A DNA stretch of 64,000 nt from Squalus acanthias (Eukaryota), in the NCBI GenBank assembly GCA_030390025.1, contig CM059432.1:110734001-110798000 (forward strand), read 5' to 3'. Under the pieces are notes generated by a model. It saw nothing but the letters and a program-made list of their open reading frames with translations, did not search any database and was not told the origin of the DNA. This document shows positions 25,190 to 37,450 of the stretch, piece after piece. The stretch's first letter is position 1, and each line of letters opens with the position of its first letter. The translations under genes were made by a program, and so were the position numbers.

Positions 25190-25512
25190 ATAAAAAGGAC
25201 TTGCATTTCTACAGGACGTCCCAAAGCGCTTTACAGCCAATGAAGTACTTTTTGAAGTGTAGTCACTGTTGTAATGTAGGAAACGTGGCAGCCAATTTGT
25301 GCAAATCAAGTTCCCACAAACAGTGACAATGACCAGATCATCTGTTTTTGGGATGTTGATTGAGGGATAAATATTGGCCAGGGCAATGGGGATAACTCCC
25401 CTGCTCTTCTTCAAAATAGTGCCATGGGACCTTTTACGCCCACCTGAGAGAGCAGACGGGGCATCAGTTTAACGTCTCATCCGAATGATGGCACCTCCGA
25501 CAGTGCAGCACA
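25190..25512 (-). mobile_element. DeuSINE (SacSINE1-like), 5'-truncated
   Basis: Reverse complement of about 47205-47545. Confidence 0.88.
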
Positions 25513-25810
25513 CGGTATTGCTCACGTACCTTTAGAGATCTATGTACTAGAATGCCCAAATCTCTCAGTATCTCCACCTTCTTTAATGTTTTTCCTTGAA
25601 GGGTGTAAGAATGTTGAGCATTTGCCCTGCCCACATGCATAACACTGCACTTATCTAAGTTATACATAATTTGCCAGTCATGAGCCCAATCTCCCAACAC
25701 ATTAAGATCCACCTGAAGCAGACGAGCATCATCTACAATCCTAACATTCGCACAGATCTTGGTGTCATCTGCAAATTTTGCAGATCGTGCCCCCAACACC
25801 TACAACCAGA
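25513..25810 (-). mobile_element. Old CR1 RT fragment
   Basis: KFADDTKI..LQVDLNVLGDWAHDWQIMYNLDKCSVMHVGR. Confidence 0.8.
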
Positions 25811-25904
25811 TCATTAATAATTAATAATATCATTAGGTTTAGAGTACTTATAGGAAAGAACTAGGAACAATCTAAGCTGAACAGAGATCTGGCTCAGGTG
25901 GATT

Positions 25905-28188
25905 GAACATAAGAAATAGGAGCAGGAATAGGCCACTTGGCCCCTCGAGCCTGCTCTGCCATTCAATAAGATCATGGCTGATCTTGGGCTCAAAGCCACT
26001 TCCCAGCCCGCTCCCCATAACCCTCCACTCCCTTATCTTGCAAAAATTTGTCTATCTACACCTTAAATGTATTTAATGACCCAGCCTCCACAGCTCTCTG
26101 GGGCAGAGAATTCCACAGATTTACGAACCTGAGAGAAGAAATTCCTCCTCATCTCAGTTGTAAAAGGGCGACCCTTTATTCTAAAACTGTGCCCCCGCGT
26201 TCCAGATTTCCCCACGAGGGGAAACATCCTCTCTGCATCTACCTTGTCGAGCCCCCTCAGTATCTTATATGTTTCAATAAGATCACCTCTCATTCTTCTA
26301 AATTCCAATGAGTATAGGCCCAGCCTGCTCAACCTTTCCTCATAAGTCAACCCCCTCATCTCTGGAATTAACCTAGTGAATCATCTCTGAACTGCCTCCA
26401 ATGCAAGTATATCCTTCCTTAAATAAGGAGACCAAAACTGTACGCAGTACTCAAGGACTCAAGGTGTGGTCTCACCAATACCCTGTACAGTTGTAGCAGG
26501 ACTTCCCTGCTTTTATACTCCAACCCCCTTTGAAATAAAGGCCAACATTCCATTTGCCTTTTTGATTACTTGCTGTACCTGCATGCTAACATTTTGTGTT
26601 TCATGCACAAGGACCCTCAGGTCCCTCTGAACTGTAGCATTTTGTAATCTCTCTCCATTTAAATAATCATTTGCTTTTTCATTTTTCCTGCCAAAATGTA
26701 TAACCTCGCACTTTCCCACATTATACTCCATCTGCCAAATGTTTGCCCACTCACTTAGCCTGTCTATATGCCTTTGCAGGTTCTTTGAGTCCTCTGCACA
26801 ACTTGCTTTCCCACCTATCTTTGTATAATCCGTAAACCTGGCTACATTACACTCAGTCCCTTCATCCAAGTCATTAATGTAGATTGTAAATAGTTGAGGC
26901 CCTAGCACCGATCCCTGTGGCACCCCACTAGTTACCATTTGCCAACTGGAAAATGACCCATTTATCCCGACTCTCTGCTTTCTGTTAGTTAGCCAATTCT
27001 CTATCCATGCTAATATATTACCCCCAATTCCATGAGCTCTTATCTTATGCAGTAACCTTTTATGTGGCACCTTATCGAATGCCTTCTGGAAATCCAAATA
27101 CACCACATCCACTGGTTCACCTTTGTCTACCCTGCTCGTTACCTCCTCAAAGAACTCCAGCAAGTTTGTTAAACATGATTTCCCTTTCATAAACCATGCT
27201 GACTCTGCTTGACTGCATTATGATTTTCCAAATGCCCTGCTATTGCTTCCATAATGAAGGACTCCAGCATTTTCCCAACGACAGATGTTAGGCTAACTGG
27301 TCTATAGTTTCCTGCTTTCTGTCTCCCTCCTTTCTTAAATAGGGGTGTTACATTTGCGGTTTTCCAATCTGCTGGGACCTCTCCAGAGTCCAGGGAATTT
27401 TGGTATATTGCAACCAATGCATCCACTATCTCTGCAGGCACTTCTTTTAAGACCCTGGGATGCAGGCCATCTGGTCCAGGGGACTTGTCATCTTTTAGTC
27501 CCATTATTTTACCAAGTACTATTTCCTTAGTGATAGTGATTGTCTTTAGTTCTCCCCTCCCTGTGGCCCCTTGATTATCCATTATTGGGATGTTGTTAGT
27601 GTCTTTTACCGTGAAAACAGATGCAAAATATTTGTTCAGAGTCTCTGCCATTTCCCCGTTCCCCATTATTAATTCCCCAGTCTCATCCTCTAAGGGACCA
27701 ACGTTTACTTTAGTTACCCTCTTCCTTTTTATATACCTGTAGAATCTCTGACTATCTGTTTTAATGTTTCTTGCCAGTTTACTCTCATAATTCATCTTCT
27801 CTCTCTTTATTTTTTTTTAGTCATCCTTTGCTGGTTTTTAAAATGTTTCCAATCCTCTGGTCTCCCACCAATCTTGGCAACATTGTATGGCTTCGTTTTC
27901 AATTTGATACCATCCTTGATCTCCTTAGTTAGCCACGGATGGTGCTCCCTTCTCTTAAAATCTTTCTTTTTCACTGGAATATATTTTTGTTGAGAGTTAT
28001 GAAATATCGCCTTAAATGTCCGCCACTGCATTTCAACTGTCTTATCCTTTAATTTATGTTTCCAGTCCACTTTAGCCAGTTCTGCCCTCATACCACTGTA
28101 ATTGCCTTTGCTTAAGATCAGGATACTGGTTTGAGATACAACTTTCTCACCCTCCAAGTGAATTTGAAATTCAACCATGTTATGATCA
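25905..28188 (-). mobile_element. 5'-truncated CR1 LINE
   Basis: ORF pieces 27187-27795, 26513-27190 and 26063-26359 with CR1 RT motifs; tail near 25905. Confidence 0.92.
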
Positions 28189-31100
28189 ATTGGAAACAAA
28201 GATTGGCAGTTAAAATAAATGAGCAACGGGAGGTCTTCAAGGAGGAGAAGGTTTGGGTACAAACTAAACACATTCCTACGAGGGGGAAAGGAAGGGCATC
28301 CAAATCTAGTGCTCCCTAGATGACAAAAGGGTTTGAGAATAAAATGAAACAGAATGAGGAGGCTCATCATAATGTCAGGTTCATAATACAGGAGAGAACC
28401 AAGCTGAATATAGTAAGTACAGAGGAGATATAAACGGGGAATAAGAGGGGCAAACAGAGAGAATATGAGAATAGATTCATGGCTAGTATAAAAGGGAACA
28501 CAAAAGTCATTTATAAACATATAAATAGTAAAAGGGTAGTTAAAGAAAAGGTGGAGCTGATTAGGGACCATAAAAGGAGATTTTCGTGTGGAGGCAGAGG
28601 GCATGGGTGAGGTACTAAATGAATACTTTGCATCTGTCTTCACTAAAGAAGAGGATGCTGCCAATTTCACAGTAAAGGAGAAGGGGTAGAGAAATTGGAT
28701 GGGATAAAAATAGATAAAGAGGAGGTTCTAGAAAGGGTGGCGATACTTAAAGTGGCTAAGTTACCCGGTCCGGATGGGATGCATCCAAGGTTGCTGAGGG
28801 AAGTAAGTGTGGAAATAGCAGAGCGTCTGGCCACAATCTTTCAATCCTCCTGAGATATTGGAGTGTGCCAGAGGACTGGAGGTTTGCAAATATTACACCC
28901 CTGTTCAAAAAAAGGGGAGAGGTTTAAACCGGCCAGTCAGTCTAATGTCGGTGGTGGGAAAACAATCTAGAGGCTATAATCTGGGACAAAATGAAATGAC
29001 ACCTGGAAGAATATGGGTTAATAAATGACAGCGGGCACGCATGTATTAAAAGCAAATTGTGTCTGACAAACTTGATTCAATTCTTTGTTGAAGTAATGGA
29101 GAGAGTTGATGAGGGTAGTGCAGTTGATGTTGTGTATATGGACTTTCAGATGGCCTTTGATAAAGTGTCACATAATAGACTTGTTAGCAAAATTGAAGCC
29201 TATGGGATTGAAGGGGTGGTGGCTGCATGGATACAAAATTGGCTGAAAGACGGAAAGCAGAGAGTAGTGGTGAATGGTTGTTTATCAGACTGGAGGGAAG
29301 TATACAGTGGTGTTCCCCAGGGGTATTGGGACCACTGCTCATTTTGATGTTTATTAATGACCTGGACTTGAGTATTCAGGGCATAATTTCCAAGTTTGCA
29401 GATGACACAAAGCTTGGAAATGTAGTAAACAGTGAGGCGGATAGCAGCAGAATTCAGGAGGACAGACTAGTGAAATAAGCAGTCACATGGCAGATGCAAT
29501 GTAATGCAGAGAAGTGTGAAGTGCGGCATTTTGGAAGGAAAAATGAGGAGAGGCAATACAAACTAAGTCAACATGGATTTACAAAAGGTAAATCGTGCTT
29601 GACTAATCTACTGGAATTTTTTGGGGATGTAACTGGGAAAATAGATAAGGGAGAACCAGTAGATGTGGTGTATTTGGACTTTCAAAAGGCTTTTGATAAG
29701 GTCCCGCATAAGAGATTAGCGTGTAAAGTTAAGGCACATGGGATTGGGGGCAAGGTATTGACTTGGATAGAGAACTGGTTGGCGGACAGAAAGCAGAGAG
29801 TAGGAATTAATGGGTCTTTTTCCGAGTGACAGGCAGTGACTAGTGGGGTACCGCAGGGATCGGTCCTTGGGCCCCAGCTATTCACAATATACATTAATGA
29901 TCTAGATAAGGGAACTAAATGTAATATCTCCAAGTTTGCAGATGACACAAAACTGGGTGGGCGTGTGTGCTGCGAGGAGGATACCGAGAAACTCCAGGAT
30001 GATTTGGACAGGTTGGGTGAGTGGGCAGAAGCATGGCAGATGCAATATAATGTGGATAAATGCGAGGTTATCCACTTTGGTGTCAAAAACAGAAAGGCAG
30101 ACTATTATCTGAATGGCAATAGATTGGGAGAAGGGGAAGTGCAACAAGACCTGGGTGTCCTTGTGCACCAGTCACTGAAGGTAAGCATGCAGGTGCAGCA
30201 GGCGGTGAAGAAGGCAAATGGTATGTTGGCCTTCATAGCGAAAGGGTTTGCGTATAGGAACAGGGATGTCCTGCTGCAGTTGTACAGGGCCTTGGTGAGA
30301 CCACACCTTGAGTACTGTGTGCAGTTTTGGTCGCCTTATCTGAGAAAGGATGTTCTTGCCATGGAAGGAGTTAGCGAAGATTCACAAGGCTGATACCTGG
30401 GATGGCAGGAATGACATATGAGGAGAGATTGGGTCGATTGGGCTTATACTCGCTGGAGTATAGAAGAATGAGAGGGGATCTCATCGAAACATATAAAATT
30501 CTGATAGGTCTGGACAAACTAGATGCAGGAAGAATGTTCCCGATGGTCGGAGAGTCCAGAACCTGGGGTCATAATCTAAGGATAAGGGGTAAGCCATTTA
30601 GGACAGAAATGAGGAAGAACTTCTTCACCCAGAGAGTGGTGATTCTGTGGAATTCTCTACCACAGAAGGTAGTTGAGGCCAAGTCATTAAATATATTGAA
30701 GAATGAGTTAGATATATTTCTTAAAGATAAAGGTATCAAGGCATATGGGGAGAAGGCAGGTACAGGGTACTGAGTTTGGATGATCAGCCATGATCTCATC
30801 GAATGGCGGAGCAGGCTCGAGGGGCTGAATGGCCTACTCCTGCTCCTATCTTCTATGTTTCTATGTTTCTATGTAAATGGTACAATTTTAAAGGGGGTGC
30901 AGGAACAGAGAGACCTGAGGGTTCACATAAACAAAACTTTGAACGTGGCAGGACAAGTTGATAAGGCTGTTAAAAATAGCACATGGGATCGCATAAGGGC
31001 TCCTTTGCTTTATTAACAGAGGCATAGAGTACAAAAGCAAGGAAGTTATGCTAAACATTTCTAAATCATTGATTCGGCCTCAGTTGGAGTATTGTGACCA

Positions 31101-31197
31101 ATTCTGGGCACCACACGATAGGAGCCATGGAAAGGGTGCAGAGGAGATTTACTAGCATGGTACCAGGGATGAGAACTTCAGTTATCTGGAGAGACAG
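28189..31197 (+). mobile_element. Decayed CR1 LINE (second subfamily) with a nested CR1
   Basis: [24 protein letters not shown]; ..aggcaatacaaact (29564) resumes as aaatggtacaatttt (30874). Confidence 0.88.
29566..30873 (+). mobile_element. Younger 5'-truncated CR1 nested in the older CR1
   Basis: SQHGFTKGKSCLTNLLEFF..GEKAGTGY*, 3'UTR and (ttctatgt)n tail. Confidence 0.92.
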
Positions 31198-31334
31198 TAT
31201 AAAACTGAAAGAAAGGACTTACACAAATGCAAAGAATAGTTGAGATCCTGCAGTCTGAGAGAGATATAAAGGGAAACAAAGAAAGTAGTAAAAGTTGCAA
31301 AAAGAGCATACGAGAAAAAACTTGCATGGGATAT

Positions 31335-31658
31335 CAAGGAAATAGTAGTAGATAAGAGAGTGTCTATGGATGTTATTTATATGGACTTCCAGAAGGCATT
31401 CAATAAGGTTCCTCAAAAGTGTCTGTTAGGAAAAATGGAAGTGCATGGAATTGGAGGCAACCTATTGACATGGGTAAGTAATTGGTTTGGAGATAGGAGA
31501 CAGAGAGTAGGGATAATGGGTATTTCCTCCAATTGGCAGGATGTGACTAGTGGTGCCCCCCAGGGATCTGTACTGGGGCGTCGACTTTTCACTATATTTA
31601 GAAATGACTTAGACAAAGGAATAGAGAGCTGTTTATCCAAGTTTGCTGACGACACAAA
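31335..31658 (+). mobile_element. CR1 RT fragment
   Basis: [32 protein letters not shown]. Confidence 0.85.
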
Positions 31659-32735
31659 GGCCTAGAAATTGGATATAACCACGAAATGGGCAGTGTTAAG
31701 GCCCAACGATGTAAAGCTGTGCCACCTCAAAATGGTCTAGGTCGCACGCAAAATTCAAGCTCACTCCTCATTAACATGATTATATTCTTGATCTCAGCAC
31801 TAAAACCACTGCTCATTGGTTTAACGCTCAACAGGTGGACCGATATCGGGGCCAGTCTAATTCCCAGTCATGTGTGGCACAGGCTTTTTCCACTACTTAA
31901 AGGGGAGGTGCATTGATGCTACAGCACCTCATTGTCAAGGAAGTTCCAACTGCAGCTGCCACAAGAAGAAGAAGCAGAAAAAGAGGAAGGAAGAGTAAGG
32001 AGCTCTAAAGCAATGGCAGAGCGTCCTGAAAGGGAGAGAGCCAGGAGATTTTCAGACGCAGCTCTGGTGGCATTGGTTGTGGCCGTAGAGAGGAGTCGGG
32101 CTGTTCTCTTCCCACAGACTGGAAGACATTCTCTACTTGACCTTCTCGACCTGTTGGCAGTCTTTGATACGGTTGACCACTCCATCCTCCTCCAACACCT
32201 CTCCACCGTCGTCCAGCTGGGTAGGACTGTACTCGCCTGGTTCCAATCTTATCTATCTATCTAATCGTAGCCAGAGAATCACCTTCAATAGCTTCTCTTC
32301 CCGCTCCTGCATCGTTACCTCTGGTGTCTCCCAAGGATGTAACCTTGGCCCCCTCCTATTTCGAATCTACATGCTGCCCCTTGGCGAAATCATCCCAAAA
32401 CACAGCGTCAGTTTCCATTTGTACGCTGATGACACCCAGCTCTACCTCACTACCTCTTCTCTCGCTCCCTCCACAGTCTCTAAATTGTCAGACTGCTTGT
32501 CCGACATCTAGTATTGGATGAGCAGAAATTTTCTCCAATTAAATATTGGGAAGACCGAAGCCATTGTCTTTGGTCCCCGCCACAAACTCCGTTCCCTAGC
32601 CACTGACTCCATCCCTCTCCCTTGCATCTGTCTGAGGCTGAACCAGACTGTTCGCAACGTTGGTGTCATATCTGACCCTGGAATGAGCATCTGACCGCAT
32701 ATCTGCAGCATAACTAAGACCGCTTATTTCCACCT

Positions 32736-35700
32736 AGAATCATAGAAAGAATCATAGAAAGTTACAGCACGGAAGGAGGCCATTTCGGCCCATCGTGTCC
32801 GCGCCGGCCAACAAAGAGCTATCCAGCCTAATCCCACTTCCCAGCTCTTGGTCCGTAGCCCTGCAGGTTACAGCATCCCAAGTGCACATCCAAGTACTTT
32901 TTAAATGTGGTTAGGGTTCTTGCCTCTACCACCCTTTCAGGCAGTGAGTTCCAGACCCCCACAACCCTCTGGGTGAAGAAATTTCCCCTCAAATCCCCTC
33001 TGAGCCTTCCACCAATTACTTTAAATCTGTGCCCCCTGGTTTTTGACCCCTCTGCTAAGGGAAATAGTTCCTTTCTATCCACTTTATCTATGCCCCTCAT
33101 AATTTTATACACCTCAATAAGGTCTCCCCTCAGCCTCCTCTGTTCCAAGGAAAACAGACCCAGCCTATCCAGTCTTTCCTCATAGCTAAGATTCTCTACT
33201 CTCGGCAACATCTTTGTAAATCTCCTCTGTACCCTCTCTAGTGCAATCACATCTTTCCTGTAATGTGGTGACCAGAACTGCACGCAGTACTCTAGCTGAG
33301 GCCTAATTAGTGTTTTATACAGTTGAAGCATAATCACCCCTGCTCTTGTATTCTATGCCACAGCTAATAAAGGCAAGCATTCCATATGCCTTCTTAACCA
33401 CCTTATCTACCTGGCCTGCTACCTTCAGGGATTTGTGGACATGCACTCCAAGGTCCCTTTGTTCCTTTACACCACTCAGTGTCCTACCATTTAATGTGTA
33501 TTTCCTTTCCTTGTTAGCCCTCCCCAAATGCATTACCTCACACTTCTCCGGATTGAATTTCATTTGCCACTGTTCTGCCTACTTGACCAATTTATTGATA
33601 TCTTCCTGCAGTCTACAGCTTCCTTCTTCAGTATCAACCACACAGCCGATTTTAGTATCATCTGCAAACTTCTTAATCATACCCCCCATATTCAAGTCTA
33701 GATCATTGATATATACGACAAAAAGCAAGGGACCTAGTATTGAGCCCTGCGGAACCCCACTGGAAACAGCCTTCCAGTCACAAAAACACCCATCAACCAT
33801 TACCCTCTGCTTCCAGTCTCCGAACCAGTTTTGAATCCAACTTGACACTTTGCCCTGGATCCCATGGGCTTTTAACTTCGTGACCAGTCTGCCATGTGGA
33901 ACCTTATCAAAAGCCTTGCTAAAGTCCATATACACTGCATCAAATGCACTACCCTCATCTACCCTCCTTGTTACCTCCTCAAAAAATTCAATCAAGTTTG
34001 TCAGACACGACCTTCCCTTAACAAATCCGTGCTGACTATCCTTGATTAATCCGTGTCTTTCTAAGTGAAGATTTATTCTGTCCTTCAGAATTCTTTCCAA
34101 TAATTTTCCCATCACCGAGGTTAAGCTAACTGGCCTGTAATTACTCAGGGCCAGAAATTCGGCTGTTGCCGGGTGAGTACGCGCTGTGTACTCACCCGTT
34201 AGGCCATCTGAAGTGCCGGTTTCCTGCGTGCCGGATGCGCGGGAAACCGGAACTTCCGTTCCCCTGAAGGGAGGGGTTCAGAAGTCGAAAGCGTGCGCGG
34301 GAGAGGCTGCGCGCACGCAGCGAACTTCGATTTTTTTTTCAGGTTTCTCCAGGAAGGTAAGTATGAAGAAGCTGCGCTTTTAAAAAGGAGGCGCAAGGCC
34401 TGTTTTTAACAAGGTAAGTGGTTAATTAATTACAATTTAGACATTTTTTCAACAAGTTTATCTTTTTTAGATACTTTAAAGAAAGGTAAGTTTATTTTTA
34501 GCACCATTACAAAGTATAATTCATTTTTTCAAAAATTTAAAATTTTGTTTAAAGTAGTTAATTTATTTAACTTATAGTTATTTTAAAAATGTGATGTTTT
34601 TTTTTAATTTATTTGAAGTTTAAGTGTAGTTTTGGGGCCGATCTCTATTCATAGATTTGACAGGTCTTCCTGTCAAATCTATGAATGAAAATGCCCTGCT
34701 AGGATTGGCTCCCCATGGCCCACGTGATCCCAGGGGACGCTTCGAACTAACTGCGCCCCTGGGATACACAAGCACTGCGCGCCGGCAGCTGGAGGAGGCC
34801 CAGGACCCGAAGTCCTCGTGGGCCCAAAGCACAACTGCAGGCGCGGTAGGCAAGTACGCGTGCGATGCTTGCACCCGCAGGAAGCCGGAAAGCTGAATTT
34901 CTGGCCCTCAGTCTATCCTTTTCTTCCTTTTTAAACAAGGGTACGACATTAGCAGTCCTCCAGTCCTCTGGCACCACACCTGAAGCCAGAGAGGATTGAA
35001 AAATGATGGTCAGGGCCTCTGCTATTTCCTCTTTTGCTTCGCTTAACAGCCTGGGATACATTTCATCCGGGCCTGGGGATTTATCCACTTTTAAAGCTGC
35101 TAAACCCCTTAATACTTCCTCTCTCATTATGTTTATTTCATCTAATATTTCACACTCCTCCCCCCTGATAGCAATGTCTGCTTCACCCCTCTCCTTTGTG
35201 AAAACAGATGCAAAGTATTCATTAAGAACCCTACCGACATCTCCCGCCTCCACACACAGATTACCCTCATGATCTCCAATAGGCCCTACCCTTTCTTTAG
35301 TTATCCTCTTACTCTTAATATATTTATAAAACATCTTTGTGTTTTCCTTGATTTTACTTGCCAAGAATTTTTCATGCTCTTTCTTTGCTTTCCTAATATC
35401 CTTTTTAATTGCACCCCTGCACTTTCTGTACTCCTCTAAAGATTCTGGAGTATTTAGCCCTCGGTATCTGTCATACACCTTCCTTTTTTTCTTTATCCTA
35501 CCCTGTATGTCTCTCGACATCCAGGGAGCTCTAGATTTGTTAGTCCCACCTTTTTTCTTTAAGGGCACATATTTGGTCTGAACTCTCCAGATCTCCTTCT
35601 TGAATGCCTCCCACTGCTCTGACACTGATTTACCTTTAAGTAGCTGTTTCTAGTCCACTATGTCTAAATCCCCTCTGAGCTTAGCAAAATTTGCTTTTCC

Positions 35701-36343
35701 CCAATTTAGAATTTTTATTCCTGGTCTATCCTGGTCCTTTTCCAGGACTACCTTAAATCTAACAGAATTATGGTCACTAGCACCAAAATGCTCCCCCACT
35801 GATACGCCTTCCACCTGCCCAGCTTCATTCCCTAAAACTAAGTCCAGAACCGCCCCCTCCCTTGTTGGGCTTGCTACATACTGGCTAAAAAAGTTCTCCT
35901 GGATGCATTTTAGGAATTCCGCACCCTCTATACCCTTCACACTAATTTTATCCCAGTTAATATTGGGGTAGTTGAAATCCCCTACTATTACTGCCCTATA
36001 GTTTTTGCACGTCTCAGAAATGTGTCTAAGTATTTGCTCTTCTATCTCCCTCTCACTGTTTGGGGGTCTGTAGTACACTCCCAGCAGTGTGATCGCCCCT
36101 TTTTTGTTTTTCAATTTGACCCATGTGGCCTCGTTTGATGATCCCTCCAACATATCATCCCTCCTCACAGCATATAATAGTTTCTTTAATCAATACCGCG
36201 ACCCCACCTCCCTTTTTACCTCCCTCTCTATCCCGTCTGAAAATCCTGTAACCAGGAATGTTGAGCTGCCATACCTGCCCCTCTTTCAGCCACGTCTCTG
36301 TAATAGCTATAATATCATAGTCCCAAGTATCTACCTGTGCCCT
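32736..36343 (-). mobile_element. CR1 LINE, nearly complete ORF2 with few lesions, nested in L2
   Basis: EN (IAITETWL, VYYRPPNS) through RT to GPRAGKWD*; CACCT duplicated at 32731-32735 and 36344-36348. Confidence 0.93.
34148..34907. mobile_element. Harbinger-type MITE, 760 bp
   Basis: TIR GGGCCAGAAATTC / GAATTTCTGGCCC; TSD TCA; the CR1 rejoins when it is removed. Confidence 0.93.
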
Positions 36344-37450
36344 CACCTCCGTAGCATCACCAATCTCCGCCCCTGCCTCAGCTCATCTGCTACTGAAACC
36401 CTCATCCATGCCTTTGTTACCTCTAGACTTGACTATTCCAACGCACTCCTGGCTGGCCTCCCACATTCTACCTTACGCAAACTTGAGGTCATCCAAAACT
36501 CAGCTGCCCGTGTTCTAACTTGCACCAAGTCCCGTTCATCCATCACCCCTGTTCTCACTGACCTACATTGGCTCCCGGTTAAGCAACGTCTCAATTTTAA
36601 AATTCTCATCCTTGTTTTCAAATGCCTCCATAGCCTCACCCATTCCTATCTCTGTAATCTCCTCCAGCCCCACAACTCTCCGAGATATCTGCGCTCCTGT
36701 AATTCTGCCCTCTTGAGCATCCCTGATTATAATTGCTCAACCATTGGTGGCCGTGCCTTCTGTTGCCTGGGCCCTAAGCTCTGGAATTCCCTCCCTAAAC
36801 CTCTCCGCCTCTCTTTCCTCCTTTAAACCTACCTCTTTGACCAAGCTTTTGCTCATCTGCACTAATTTCTCCTTATGTGGCTCGGTGTCAATTTGTTTTG
36901 TCTTGTAACACTCCTGTGAAGCGCCTTGGGACGTTTTACTATGTTAAAGGCGCTAGATAAATACAAGTTGTTGCTGCTGTTGTTGTTGAAGGTCTCGCCA
37001 TACACCTCCCGAAGGATGTGGCAGGAGATAGCTGCCCATGTGACGGCCAGCACTGCGGTGCCAAAATCAGCCATCCAGTGTCGAAAGAAGTTTAATGACC
37101 TCACACGGCAGGTCAAGGTGAGTGAAGGCTTAAGCAAATGCCATATCCCACCATCTGCACCACAAGCCTCACACACTGCTCAATGCACCACACCCTCATC
37201 ACTCACCTACCAACAATCTCTAACAATCACCACTCACACCTCACAATCATGGCTTCACTTCACCCTCACACCCTTACCACTGCTGCAAATCAAATCCCTC
37301 CATGGCCTCGCCCCTCCCTCTTTAACCTCCTCCAGCCCTACAACCCTCCAAGGTCTCTGCGTTCCGCCAATTCTGGCCTCTTGCACATCCCTGAATTTAA
37401 TTGCTCCACCACTGGCCTTCAGCTTCCTAGGCCTTGAGCTCTGGGATTCC

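Larger units (their letters stand above)
32126..36987 (+). mobile_element. L2 LINE 3' part (32126-32735 and 36344-36987)
   Basis: [46 protein letters not shown]; (ttg)n tail. Confidence 0.9.
31659..37290 (+). mobile_element. Harbinger left end plus Myb/SANT exon 1 (31659-32125 and 36988-37290), split by L2
   Basis: TIR GGCCTAGAAATTGG; near-identical start to 57189; [28 protein letters not shown] resumes as KVSPYTSRRMWQEIAA..QCRKKFNDLTRQVK then gtgagt. Confidence 0.85.

Noticed and set aside
27807..28670. 287-aa minus ORF
   Set aside because: Antisense of one CR1 fused to sense of another
34747..36826. Long ORFs 34747-35625 and 36089-36826
   Set aside because: CR1 ORF2 running into the MITE, and antisense CR1 running into L2; junction artefacts
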